The translations under genes and the position numbers were made by a program. This document shows positions 11,685 through 25,990 of a DNA stretch of 64,000 bases, in pieces. Origin of the DNA: Eledone cirrhosa (taxonomy: Eukaryota); contig OZ024742.1 in the NCBI GenBank assembly GCA_964016885.1, positions 48,732,001 to 48,796,000 of the forward strand, given 5' to 3'. The stretch's first letter is position 1. The number at the start of each line of letters is the position of its first letter. The notes beneath the pieces were generated by a model, which was given only the letters and a program-made list of their open reading frames with translations, was not told where the DNA came from and made no database searches.

Positions 11685-13898
11685 ATGGAATTCTTTAAGA
11701 TTACTTCCTCTTTAAAAGACATACCTCTACCTAGAAACAAAGACTTTATAAAACAATTAATAGATAAATCTGACTCTTTTATAAGGAGAATCAGGTGGCG
11801 AGCATTCCACTTTGATAAATCTAATATAAATGAAAATGTCTCGGACTTAAACAAAGTTTTCAAATCCAAAAGAAATCCACCCCCCAACAAACTTTTATCT
11901 GACTTTGAAAACGATATAATTTCTATCATACAAGGAGTCAAATTCAAGAGAAACTTCAAAGGCCAGGAATATCTGGAAGGCATTAGGGATAATATTGAGA
12001 GCTTAGAGAAAACTGAAAAGATCTTGGTAAAATCTGACAAGACCAACAATCTCTATGGAGTGCAGAAAGACATGTATAATGGCCTCATACTAAAAGAACT
12101 GAGGAAAAAGTACAAGGTAGCAGATAAGGCCGAGCTAGAGAAAATGAATGTTGAGGCATCTTGTATAATGCACGAGTTGGAAATTGAGAACAGAACACAA
12201 CCTTTCGTGCCCAGGAAACCGAAGATCAATATGAAAGATCATAAGAGAAATTTCGAGAATGACTAGCCAGTCATATTGATTGCACCATCAAAATCGGACC
12301 TGGGTAAACTAAGCTAAAACATTCTTGACAGGGTGATACAGCAAATTAAAAACTTGAGTTGTTTACCTAAGCTGAGCTTGTGGAAGGGAACTGGTGAGGT
12401 TGTTGCGTGGTTTAAGCAAATTAAATATAACAATAATAATAAGTTTATTCAACTTGATATTGCTAACTATTATTCTTCCATTACCCCTAATCTACTAAAT
12501 AAGGCACTAAATTACGCATTCAAACATACAGACCTAACTAGCAATGAAATGCACATTATATTATCGGCTAGGAAAACATTGATAGAATTTAATGACCAAC
12601 TATGGACCCGAGCAGATAGAGATAACAATTTTGACATTACTATGGGATCATCCGACTCAGCTCAGGTAACTGACCTTGTGGGCTTATTTTTAATCAATTC
12701 GCTGCATAGGAAAATACCTGGTACTACCGGAGATTTATATAGAGATGACATGCTTTTACTTATTGATAATAATAACTCTGAACTAAATAGAAAAAGAAAA
12801 CAAATTACACAATTTTTTAATCACTTTAATCTAAAAATAGAAATTGAGAATAACCATAGAATAGTCAACTTCCTAGATATAACATTAAATCTCAACACAT
12901 GTCTTCACTATCCATTTCACAAGTTGAATGAAAACTTAAACTATGTCAGCTTTAACTCTAACCACCCCAGATCTGTTAAAAATACTATAGTAAACTCTGT
13001 TCAATCACGTATCTCTAGAATCTCATCTAATAAAAAAATTTTCGACGAAAAAGCCCATTATTACAATGAAGCGTTAGCTAGAGCAGGATATAGTGATAAA
13101 ATTATGTACATAGATAATGATAAACAAATTAAACAAAATAACAACTATTTTAATTATGGCCACAACCTTAACAACTATAATAGAAAGCATTACAATAATT
13201 CCAAAAGCCATAAAAGAAATAGAACTAGGAATATAATATGGTTTGCCCCCCCTTTCTCACTAAACATTAAAACCCACATTGCTAAACTATTTTTTAAAGC
13301 TCTCGATAATCGCTTCCCTAGAACACATAGGTATCACTCAATTTTCAATAGACATACTATAAAACTAACCTACTCATCCACCAAAAATTTAGCGCAAAAT
13401 ATTAATAGAATAAATAACAGGAACTTAAAACCTAGCGATAATAGCATAAATAATATCCAAGTTAACAAATGTAACTGTAGAGATAGATCTAAATGTCCGT
13501 TAAATAACAACTGCTTAGTTAAAAATATAATATACAACTGTAATGTTAAAACGGACGTTAATTCTTTTAACTACGTTGGTTCTACATCGACGGAATTTAA
13601 ACTTAGCTATAACAACCACAAGAATTCTTTCACAGATCCATCTAAAAAATCTTCAACAGCACTATCAGGCGTACTCTTTCAACTTAGGCATGATAACGTT
13701 AGATATTCGACGACTTGGAATATAGTTTCAAGGGGGATTCCTTTTAATTCATCCTCTGAGACATGTGACCTCTGTGCGGAGGAGATATTCTTTATACTAA
13801 AATCTAAAAATTCCCTTAATCTACGGACAAATTTATTCAGTTGCTGCAGACATAGATTGAACTCAAAGTTTAAATATAAATTTAAATTTAAAATGTAG
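11685..13898 (+). pseudogene. PLE RT-GIY-YIG polyprotein (737 codons) broken by two in-frame stops (TAG 12264, TAA 12315)
   Basis: ORFs 11685-12266 and 12333-13898 are in one frame. Motifs: ILVKSDKT, QLDIANYYSSI, FDITMGSSDSAQVTDLVG, LYRDD, NFLDITL, CNCRDRSKCPLNNNC linker, IIY...YVG, CDLCAEE. Confidence 0.92.
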
Positions 13899-15212
13899 TT
13901 ATGTTTGATTTGATTTGTAATTATTTATGAAACTAGCCGATAAATCTTTCGATTTCTTCTTTTTATTAAAACATTATTTTTATTAAAACATTCTTCATGA
14001 ATATTTAAACTACCCTAAAAGCTGATGCTCCAAATATATCGAATTAAATTTTACACTAGATAAACTTCTATATTAAATATAAGAACATATGTAGACCAAA
14101 TGGGTATCCTAAACTTTTGGAATGATTTCTGCTAGACAGGATTTGGTAAACAATTTTTGTTTTATCTGTTTCGACTCTGATGCTTATGATGAACTTGGCA
14201 ATATATTGTCAATTAACTTTGAAAGGCTGATCTCTGTGGCCGATTTGCGTGGCATACTATGTTTTATTTTTATTATTTTTTTAATATTTTGTAATATGTT
14301 TTTATTTTTAATATTAAATATTTTAGTTTTCTCTTTATATATTTATTTTCTTGTCTCTGATATTGATATTTTTATTTTTATTTTTATTTTTATTTTTATT
14401 TTTATTAATATATTGAAATCTGTTCTCTATTTCTGCTTGATCAACAATCATGTAGAGTAAAGACAAGAATAGTATTGTTAAAATTAATATAGACTCTATA
14501 TATATGTGTATATATACACACATATATGTATACTTGAATTTTTATAGCACAATGAGAATGTTTTCGTGTGAATTGGGAGTTTGTTTATAATTATGATATA
14601 AACATATGAATTTTTAAAAACTAGACATAAGATCATTACTTTTCACACATTATAGATACATGTCTCATTTATGAATAATGATATTTACATTATAATGCCT
14701 GTTTTATACGAACTAATATTTTCTACAGGATAAAACATAGGGTTTTAAATTATGCCTCGTTTATGTCTGGTTATTTTTCATTTTCTCTTTTACATTTTCT
14801 CTTTTTTCTCTCTATATAACGGCTATTTTCTCTCTTAACTACATACATCTCTCTTTACATTAATACTAGAGCTAAATAAATAAATAAGTAAATAAATAAA
14901 TGTATCAACCGATACTCAACTTCCTAGTTTCTCTATCTATCTCTATCTATCTCTTTCTTTTTTCCTCTCTCTATATATATTTCTCTCTGTTTATTTACAT
15001 GAAGTTCTTCTCTTTATCTATCTTTCTATATCTCTCTATTTAGTCACATGCATTTCTTCTTTTTCTTCGTTTCTCTTTCTTTCTTTCTTTCTTTCTTTCT
15101 CTCTTTCTTTTTACAACTGTCCACAATATTTTTTACTGCCAAATCAACCTCCCAAATGCAAGGTGATTGAAAGGTATGTCGTATCTATTTATTTATAAGA
15201 CTGTTTATATTG

Positions 15213-15278
15213 TATTTTGTCTGAAGAAGGCATAACATATTGTTAATATGATATCCCTGAAATATATATAACGAAATA
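15213..15278 (+). ncRNA. Type I hammerhead ribozyme with intact core, in the PLE pLTR
   Basis: tattttgt-CTGAAGA-aggcataacatatt-gtt-aatatgatatccct-GAAA-tatata-TA-acgaaata; 8 bp stem I. Confidence 0.85.
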
Positions 15279-15315
15279 AATATGGTTTTATAAATATAGT
15301 TTCCATTTATTTAAT

Positions 15316-15377
<62 letters not shown>

Positions 15378-15384
15378 CATATAT

Positions 15385-16058
15385 AGTAATAGTAATAAAT
15401 TTGAAGACTAACATCCAAAGAGGGCTCGATAAGGATAAATATATATCAAATATATAAGAACCGTAGAGCAAATATTTATTAAAATAACAGATTAAAGTTT
15501 AAGCAAAGAATGCTTGTGTACGTAGGTATTTGCATGCGTGTATGCATTTATTTAATTTCTATTACCTCTGTATTGTATTTATTTACTTTATTATTAACCT
15601 GAAGCGGAGATTCATTCGGTTTCCTAGTTAGAATTTAGTCTACGACTTCAGCTATACCATTTACGTGGTTTTGTCTTTGCGTGCAATTGTTCTCCACGCT
15701 CGACATATGACGTATTATCTTAGTTTTTTTCCGTTCATTGGCAGAGAACGTCTCTATGAACCACCTAAGAGAACATTAGTCTACGACTTCTTTTATACCA
15801 TAAGGTGGTTTTGTCTTTGCGCGTAATTGTTTTTCAGCGCTCCTATTAATGACGTATTATATTAGTTTTTTCCCGTTCTTTGCCAGGGAACGTTTCCACG
15901 AACCAAAGTATCGTCTTCCTATTTTCCTCCGGTTGCAACGTTTTTTGAAATATCCAGTTGTGCGTTTACAGATTGACTGTGTTAGTTTCAGAAGATTCCG
16001 TTAAGGGTGAAAGCAGCGATTCTTTGCTTAAACTTTAATCTGTTATTTTAATAAATAT
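15385..16058 (+). mobile_element. Fold-back non-coding element with an internal ~140 bp tandem duplication
   Basis: Arms at 15472-15511 and 16020-16058; tandem units at 15636 and 15777. Family fragments at 4880-4950, 21752-21790 and 62130-62270. Confidence 0.7.
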
Positions 16059-16146
16059 ATATATATATATATACCTATACACACATACATATACACACAC
16101 ATATGCATATGTATAAAAATAAATATATATACATAAATATATATGC

Positions 16147-16250
<104 letters not shown>

Positions 16251-16458
16251 CCACATAGATATATATACATACATATATATATATACACACATCCACATAC
16301 ACATACAAAAACATACAATTAATTAGATATATAAAAATCATAGGTACATAACACGCGTACATGCGTACAAGCGGGCGCGCACACAGAATGCAAAATAAAC
16401 ACACGCATACATATAAATATATATACGTAAATCACATAAACACACATAATTACACAGA

Positions 16459-16498
<40 letters not shown>

Positions 16499-16559
16499 CA
16501 CACTCGCATATATATATCTGTATATATACACACACACACACACACATATACGTATACAT

Positions 16560-17830
16560 ATAACTTTCTTGACTTTAATCTTGATCTACTTACCGCCTCT
16601 TTTAAACCTAATGAAAATGTAAGATATATACACAGAGTCTTGCCATCTCCTTATAGTCTTTACAAATATTATTCCTAACATTAGCAGTAGGATCTCTACC
16701 TTATCTTCGTCTATGAACATTTTTAACAAAGCTTTCCCTTATTATAATAAGGCCCTCAATATCACCGGCTTCACAGAACAAATTAAATATTCACCTACAC
16801 CTCTTTCTAACACTAAACACAATAACAGGAAAATATTTGGTTTACACCCCCCTTCTCTCTAACTGTTAAAACTAGCGTAGGAAGAAAATTCCTCGACCTT
16901 CTAGACAAACATTTTCCCACTAATTATAGATATAACAAAATATTCAATAGAAATGTATTTAAAATCAGCTACTCTTGCTGCCCTTCAATATAAACTAAAA
17001 TTACCAACTCTAATGGTACTATAGTAAATCCAGGAGGCAGCTGCAGGAAGCCGGAAGAATGCCCATTACAGGGTAACTGTAATACTAAATCTATTGTGTA
17101 TGAGGCCAAATTGACACCAATAATTAATAACCAGCTAACCAGGAGTGAGAGATATGTTTGCATGACACAGGACAGATTTAAAACCAGGTACTATGCACAT
17201 GTCGTTTCTTTCAAACACCCTGAGAAAAGCCCAGCAACGGTGCTGGCAAATAAAGTATAAGAGATTAAAGACAAAAACATTCCGTTCACTATTGATTGGT
17301 CTATTTTAGACCATTCAAGAGAATACCAAAGGGGCAGAATGAAATGCTCTTTGTGTACTACGGAAAAATTCACAATTCTCCAAAATGGCAAAACCCCTCC
17401 CACTTGAGATTTTTAGATGTTGTCCGCACCTGATATCGCATCTACTTTTTAGCTGGATTAATACGCCAACGATTACTCAACCACCCTGAGCTTCTTCTTT
17501 CCTTATCACGCCTTCCCCTCACTACCAATATCATCACCTTATGAACATATACTTTCTACCAATACATACTTTTTATATCCTTCATCTTTTTCTATATATT
17601 TTTCATTTGAGTAATAACCCTCCTCCCTATTTTCTACCATACCTTTAACAATTTCACACTCACCACCTTCATACTTTACACAGATCACCTTTTAACTATA
17701 CTCATATCCAGATCTCTTCAGAAACACTTACTCTCTACCACAACATTTACACACCTCTTCTCCCTTACCTGTTTATAACATTTTTTAAATATTTTTTTAT
17801 CTCAGTTTTACTCCCCCTTGTCCTTACTTA
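16560..17830 (+). mobile_element. 5'-truncated decayed Naiad-type PLE (thumb, linker, GIY-YIG)
   Basis: NFLDFNLDL, WFTPPFSL, SCRKPEECPLQGNC, IVY...YV, CSLCTTE and CCPH. Its low-complexity tail runs to about 19500, with an inverted tail copy at 16290-16560. Confidence 0.85.
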
Positions 17831-17992
17831 CCCACCATAAGGTTGTATGTGGGCGCATATGCAGACATGCTTATGTGTACATACACATACATGAGCATTT
17901 ATCCATTATATTATGTGTGTGTGTGTGTGTCTATGTGTGTTCATATGTGTGTATTTATTTTGTATGTATATATATATACATGTATATGTATT

Positions 17993-18085
<93 letters not shown>

Positions 18086-18214
18086 GTATATATAAGCAAA
18101 GGGATATTTAATTTGTTGGTTATTCAACAAAAAATAGATATATTGATAAATAATTCGAAGCACTCGACAGGTGTTCTGGAGTATAATATTAATATTAATA
18201 CATGTATGTATATA

Positions 18215-18790
18215 TAAATGTAAGTATGCATACGTACATACATATATATATACAGACGTACAGTAGGTTGTATATACATACATGCACACATATATATATG
18301 TACGTATGGGTTTACCGAACATTTATTATAATGTTCGGTTTGTTTGTAAACAAACAGCCCGAATTATTAGCCGTACAGTGTTTGACAACCATCGCTGCCT
18401 TATTTGTCTCAATACTGACAAAGGAACGATGAACTAGATTCTAGCTTATTAGCTGTCATCAGCAACGTATACCTTCCTGTCAGTTGATTGAACGTTTGCA
18501 AGTATATACTATCCTCATGCATATTAATGGAAGAGCAGCCTAATTTGCATATCACGTGAGTTAGTCGGTCGGGCGTACAGAAAACGATAAATAGAAAAAA
18601 TGAAATTTAATTTCTCACTCTTAGTACGGCTGATACTTAAATGTAAGTATGCATACGTACATACATATATGTATACAGACGTACAGTAGTATGTATATAC
18701 ATACATGCAAACATATATATATATATATATATGTACGTATCGGTTTACCGAACATTTATTATAATGCTCGGTTTATTTGTAAACAAACAG
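18215..18790 (-). mobile_element. Non-coding HHR element with ~145 bp terminal direct repeats (period about 423 bp)
   Basis: 18215-18357 is repeated at 18638-18790, with an HHR between the copies. Confidence 0.7.
18426..18468 (-). ncRNA. Minimal type I hammerhead (GAAA changed to GAAU)
   Basis: Minus strand: acgttg-CTGATGA-c-agct-aata-agct-a-GAAT-ctag-TT-catcgt. Confidence 0.65.
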
Positions 18791-18919
18791 TTTGGTGCCC
18801 CATAATTATACTCCCATCTACGAATGTGTGTGTATTTATAATGTCTGCCTATACGTTTATACACACATACACGCACGTGTATGTATCCATGCATGTGTTT
18901 GTGTGTATGTATATGTATA

Positions 18920-18956
<37 letters not shown>

Positions 18957-19197
18957 GTGTCTATATATATATATATTTGTGTGTGTGTATGTATATGTAT
19001 ATATGTGTATGTATTTACGTATATATGTTTATATGTATGCGTGTGTTAATTTTATCTTGCGTGTCTGTGCGCGCGCGCGCGCGTGTGTACGTATGTACGT
19101 GGGTTATGTACCTATTATTTTTATCTATCTAATCAAGTTTAAGTTTTTGTATATGTATGTATATGGATGTGTGTGTATATATATATATGTATGTATA

Positions 19198-19236
<39 letters not shown>

Positions 19237-19525
19237 CCATATCGCGTGTATTTTTTTATTTTTAAGTTGTTTGTATTTATTCACCCACCCCACCCCACCC
19301 CACCCTCCGCACCAAACACACACACCCTTTGTTGTCAACACGTCCCTTTTTGATATTTTGATTTTGATTTTGATTTTCTTTTATATATACTTTTTTTAAT
19401 TTTTTTTATCTTATTTATTTATTTAGATATTTCTGCTTCTGAACTACTTCACAATGGTTCGCACATATTTATATGTGCATGTGCATGTATATATGTGTGT
19501 GTATGTATATGTATATATATATGTG

Positions 19526-19635
<110 letters not shown>

Positions 19636-19795
19636 GAGAGAGAGAGAGGTTTTGAGTATATGTTGGTTGTATACCCACACCTAGTATGCGGGCTGGAGCA
19701 CTCAACGTTGTGCGCAGGTTGGTTTGGTTACTCCGGAGTAATGTAAAATAAAGTTAAATAAAATGTCAAATGTTTAAAATTTAGCTTCGTTTATT

Positions 19796-19850
19796 ACTGC
19801 TATATATATTGCAGTGACAGCCATTTTTGGCTGTGACCTCTTCAAGCAGT
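19796..19850 (-). ncRNA. Degenerate type I hammerhead
   Basis: Minus strand: actgc-TTGAAGA-ggtcacagcca-aaaa-tggctgtcact-GCAA-tatata-TA-gcagt. Confidence 0.55.
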
Positions 19851-19929
19851 CCGAATTAGTGTGGTATAGACAAGTACATATGTTGTTGAGGTGTATAATT
19901 TTGTCAATACCCTGATATGCCCAGTTCCT

Positions 19930-20006
<77 letters not shown>

Positions 20007-20144
20007 TTATATATATATATATGCATGTTTATATATTGTTATACTTGGGGAGGGTCATATTTGTGTAATATTGCCAGAATTAATAACAGAACACACTCAC
20101 TGTTTGGTTGGTTTTCGCTTCTCGCTGTCTTTTATATCTGCGAT

Positions 20145-20335
20145 CTAACTTAATCGGTCCTCAATGTTGCCAATACGGAACCAGATGGACCATAACGCAC
20201 CAAAATACGCAATACTTAGGGCAATAAGAACATTTATGACCCCGACGTCAGAGCTCAAGCCGTTTCGACTGGTATTTCTGAACTGAAATAGCCGTCGAAA
20301 CGGTTTGAGCTCTGCCGTCGGTGTCAAACTTATAC
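20145..20335 (-). mobile_element. Fold-back PLE-tail fragment (gccgtcgaaacgg family)
   Basis: Arms at 20238-20279 and 20285-20326. The tail matches 21665-21725 in reverse. Confidence 0.7.
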
Positions 20336-20338
20336 ATA

Positions 20339-20535
<197 letters not shown>

Positions 20536-20840
20536 GTACACCTACACACACACACCACCTTCAGCCCTCCCCGATCGAACACCCGTCTCCCTCTCCCCAC
20601 TCCACCCGCCACCACCCCTACACACCCCACACCCCACACCCTTCAACCACCTGTTTTACCCCTTTTTAATTTCAGTTTATTTTGATCATGCTTTTATATT
20701 TATTTTTATTTCACTCCTTTTATTTTGATCATGCTTTATTTTTATTTTTATGTTTAATTTCATTCGCACCGTTTCCTTTCGCTATATGTCTCTCCACCAC
20801 TCCCCTACACACCCTTTGAACTCTGTTCCCACACACTTCT

Positions 20841-20874
20841 CACCTGAGGAAGGGCTTATGCCCGAAACGTCGTT
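20841..20874 (+). ncRNA. Minimal type I hammerhead in a PLE-tail fragment (about 20550-20965)
   Basis: cac-CTGAGGA-a-gggc-ttat-gccc-GAAA-cg-TC-gtt; classic GAAACGUC palindromic stem III. Confidence 0.75.
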
Positions 20875-20961
20875 CCCCACCACCACCCCACTCTCCAGAG
20901 CGTGAAATTAATAAACATTCGTTGTACTGCCTCTCTGTTTTGTTCCTGTTCAAATTTTTCC

Positions 20962-21004
<43 letters not shown>

Positions 21005-21016
<12 letters not shown>

Positions 21017-21440
21017 AGATCAAAAGATGGTTAAAAGAGTTCCATGTATTTTATTATGCGCATTTCAAAAACAAATATCACCATGCAATAACATTTGCGT
21101 CGTTTTCGTCAGATAAAATAGGGAGACATGATATGAAGGTTAAAACACACTTGTGAGTAGTGCAGTTTTAAATCAACATATTCTATATGTTGATTTAAAA
21201 CTGCACTACTCACAAGTGTATTTTAACCTTCATATCATGTCTCCCTATCTTATCTGACGAAAACTCAAATGTTATTGCATGGTGATATTTGTTTTTGAAA
21301 TGCGCATAATAAAATACATGGAACTCTTTTAACCATCTTTTGATCTTATATATTATTATTTATACTCCAGTCCCACATCTGTAGAGTGCTACTTATCCGA
21401 TATCTGCATTGCTTTATTGTACTACAATAAAACTCACCTC
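21005..21440 (+). mobile_element. Fold-back element with ~175 bp near-perfect arms, each holding an HHR
   Basis: Arms at 21006-21180 and 21186-21358, unique tail to about 21440, (TA)n flanks. Confidence 0.85.
21246..21316 (+). ncRNA. Type I hammerhead with intact core (mirror copy on the minus strand at about 21046-21120)
   Basis: tatcttat-CTGACGA-aaactcaaatgttatt-gcat-ggtgatatttgttttt-GAAA-tgcgca-TA-ataaaata. Confidence 0.85.
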
Positions 21441-21441
21441 C

Positions 21442-21745
<304 letters not shown>

Positions 21746-22343
21746 ATATATATAGTAATAATAATAAATTTGAAGACTAAAATCCAAATATATATATATA
21801 TATACACGTATATGAATGTAAGATCGAATTTATATATTCACATCAATTTTATGCTCATTTTTCAATGGAGCATTTATTACTGTCCCGAACCTTCTCCTCT
21901 CGTGGACAAATTCAATTTTCATATATACAGTTAAATCGACATGTGTTTCTATGCTCATGTTTATATGCATATAAATATTTCTTACACCTGCGCGAATTTA
22001 TGTTGAGATACCTGCATGTATTTGTTTGGATGTGAATGTGTGTTGGTGGGGAGGAAGGCTTTGTGAATTTGTAAGTACACGCATAATCTAACTAAAAACC
22101 GCTTCTGATATTCAGTATGAAAAGTATGTATCTTAGTATTTGCTTAGAAGACTTCTTCGGAAATCAGGACAATTCTTCATTGTCCTACTCACTGAACAGA
22201 GCTCAATTGTTCTAATGTTGCTTTCAACGACATTCTATTTTCAACCATCGCAGTATCGCTTTGTTTACATTAGTGCTAATTCCAGACATACATAGACCCA
22301 TGAATAAATCTATACGTATATATATATATATATAAATCTATAC

Positions 22344-22402
<59 letters not shown>

Positions 22403-22433
22403 ATAAAATGTGGAGAAGGAGCACACGAGTTGG

Positions 22434-22488
<55 letters not shown>

Positions 22489-22519
22489 GGAGAGAGAGAG
22501 AGAGAGAGAGAGAGATAGT

Positions 22520-22562
<43 letters not shown>

Positions 22563-23165
22563 ATGATTATTAGGAAGAAAAATAATTGTTTTTCCTTATT
22601 ATTTTCTTCTCATTTTTTCTGGGTTATAAAGTGTTTAAAACAAAATATTTTACTTTGTGTGAAGTGTTTAGGTATTAATTAATTTATTTATTAATTAACA
22701 ATGGATCAACTAAGCAATCTTGCCATAATAACACCTTTTGAACTGCTTATCCTCAAGAACTATGCCTGTAAATAATATTATTTTTTCTTTCCCATTACCT
22801 TATCATGTTCCACATTACTCCCTTTTTTATTTTTGCTTTTCACTTCAAAAACCTTGTTTGTAAATAACATTATTCTTTCTTCCCCATTTCCTTAACCTGT
22901 TCAACATCAACATTTTACACCAATACAAATTCGCCCCTTTGATAATGCATAAAATGCTGAAACCGGTAATAAACAATTATTAAATATATAAATAATTAAA
23001 TACATGGAATAGTTAATTAATAAATAAATTAACTAATACCTAAACACTCCACACAAAGTAAAATATTTTGTTTTAAACATTTTCTAACCCAGAAAAAATA
23101 GAAAAAACTAATAAGGAAAAAGAAATGTTTTTCTTCCTAATAATCGCCTTTTCCTCCCTATTTTC
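22563..23165 (+). mobile_element. Fold-back element with an HHR-like motif (core UUGAUAA at 22939)
   Basis: Arms at 22565-22699 and 23012-23145. TTGATAA-t-gcat-aaa-atgc-t-GAAA-ccgg-TA, with stem I lost. Confidence 0.7.
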
Positions 23166-23175
23166 ATATATATAT

Positions 23176-23224
<49 letters not shown>

Positions 23225-23234
23225 TATTCATACG

Positions 23235-23292
<58 letters not shown>

Positions 23293-23326
23293 TATTCATA
23301 CGTATATATATATATATATATATATA

Positions 23327-24031
<705 letters not shown>

Positions 24032-24404
24032 GAAAAACATAAATACATATGTGCGTGTGCGTGTTCATGCGTATGTCTGTGTATATATGTGCTTCTGATA
24101 GTCTCTGTATACAGGAAGAAAGAAAGAATGATAGACACACACACACACATATATATATATACATACGCAGACACAACATCTCAAGCATGCACACGCATAT
24201 ATATATATATAGGTCACTCAATACTTTACAACACGTCTGCCGGTTAAAAAACAAGCTACATGCACCAGTTGAATTAGTTACTGTAAATGAATCCTTGCCA
24301 ACTGAAGCACGTACTCCATGGCACCGAAATTATGCAGTGGATATTTTATATGCAAAGTGTATATAAGCTTCAGCTCAACAATTTCACAGTGATGAATGAC
24401 CAAA

Positions 24405-24450
24405 AACCGCTGATGAGTGATTAACAAATCATGAAACACTTGTCCTTCGT
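24405..24450 (+). ncRNA. Type I hammerhead with intact core and weak stem I
   Basis: CTGATGA-gtgatt-aaca-aatcat-GAAA-c-actt-GTC. Confidence 0.65.
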
Positions 24451-24519
24451 GTTTTCACAGGGCTACTGATTTTTGCTAAGATTTGATCACGGCATTCAAT
24501 GCAAGACATACATATATTA

Positions 24520-24630
24520 GATTACTATAAAGAAGGATATTGTGTATACCTTCGGACACTCATTTAAATAACACACACACACACACGTCATATATATAGG
24601 TATACACAATATCCTTCTTTATAGTAATCA
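24520..24630. repeat. Short inverted repeat (arms about 32 bp)
   Basis: gattactataaagaaggatattgtgtatacct / aggtatacacaatatccttctttatagtaatc. Confidence 0.8.
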
Positions 24631-24769
24631 TATATATATATATATATGTGTGTGTGTTTGCAATTGTTTATTTCCCTCTGTGTGTCTCTCCCGTAAATAT
24701 ATATATATAAAAGCAATACTGGAATTGAACCAACAAGACCGTGGAGTATGTCATACATCAATTCATGTA

Positions 24770-24831
24770 TTTTATCTGACGAGGGCGTACTGAAAAAACA
24801 GCACAGTAGCTTTGAAATATATATAATAAAA
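24770..24831 (+). ncRNA. Type I hammerhead with intact core (element 24705-24880 nested in a short fold-back 24659-24943)
   Basis: ttttat-CTGACGA-gggcgtactg...cagtagcttt-GAAA-tatata-TA-ataaaa. Confidence 0.75.
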
Positions 24832-24875
24832 CTTATATTTTGATTATGTGATTGTCTTCATTTATTAGTATTTTG

Positions 24876-24913
<38 letters not shown>

Positions 24914-25192
24914 GAGAGACACAGAGGGAGATAAACAATTGCACATTGTGAAAGGAAAATATACAGGGTAGAAATATGTTGCAAGATTATCCTCGATTTT
25001 TTATTCTTTCTCTTTTTGATTTCATCAGAAGACTTCAAATATCGTGCTTTTCGCCATAAATCCTAAGTAATGTATAGATAGTCCTTTGTATGACGTCTAA
25101 ACATACATAAATATATGCACAGACATGTTCATACTCAGACACAGACATATGTGTATACTTATATAGAAACATGCTCTGACGCAGACCACACT

Positions 25193-25262
<70 letters not shown>

Positions 25263-25741
25263 AATATATGAATGTACACACATATATCTCTATATATATA
25301 TACACATACACACATAGCCACACACAGATACCCCCTCCTTTATATATATATATATATATATATACACACGCTTCCGCTTCCCTTTGCATTCTGCTGTAAG
25401 AAAAACAAAAGCTGGCTACGCTAAAATGAAGGCCATTGTATGAAGAAAAGATGGATGTATGGATGGATGGGGGGATAGACAAATGATACAATAAATAAAT
25501 AAATAAATAAAATAATTATTAAATATATAGATAAATATATAAAGGAATAAATATATGAATGAGTGTGATAACATATGAACTGATGTCTGAACTGAGAGAA
25601 AGAAAATATTTCCCTGGTGCCTTTAGCTAATCAACGGTGAAATAACAAAAGATACTATGTACACGGTTATTTCAGTGCGGTTTTGTCTTCTTATTTATTA
25701 TTATATGTTTTGCTAGTGTTTTTGTAGCTGTTGCATACTAT

Positions 25742-25990
25742 AGGCGGCGAATTGGCGGATTCGTTACGGCGCCAGATTTAATGCCACGGTATTTCTTCTA
25801 GCTATCTGAGATCAAATCGCGTCGAGGTAAACCTTGCTATTTTTACCATTTTGTTTTAATAGATAATATACAAATCGCATGATTGTCAGGATTGTTAAAG
25901 ATTCTGAGAAAATGCTCGACGGTATCTTTTCAGGCCGTTCGTGTTAGGAGTGTAAATCCCGTTTCTTTTAGCCAAGCGTTGTGTTCGGGA
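25742..25990 (+). mobile_element. Decayed tRNA-type SINE copies
   Basis: aggcggcgaattggcggattcgtta (A-box-like) ... gagatcaaatc (B-box-like) ... gaggtaaaccttgc. Confidence 0.55.

Larger units (their letters stand above)
11640..15320 (+). mobile_element. Near-complete Naiad-clade Penelope-like retroelement
   Basis: Full RT plus GIY-YIG reading frame, about 1.4 kb 3' UTR/pLTR, intact HHR near the 3' end, ends in (TA)n. No 5' pLTR is visible. Confidence 0.9.

Noticed and set aside
11685-13898. Selenocysteine (UGA) recoding, as described for some Naiad PLEs
   Set aside because: The two stops are TAG and TAA at non-Cys positions. The Cys motifs I read in the Naiad copies here use TGT/TGC.
15636-15905. 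CRISPR-like repeats
   Set aside because: Only two contiguous ~140 bp units with no spacers and no cas genes, in a eukaryotic context.
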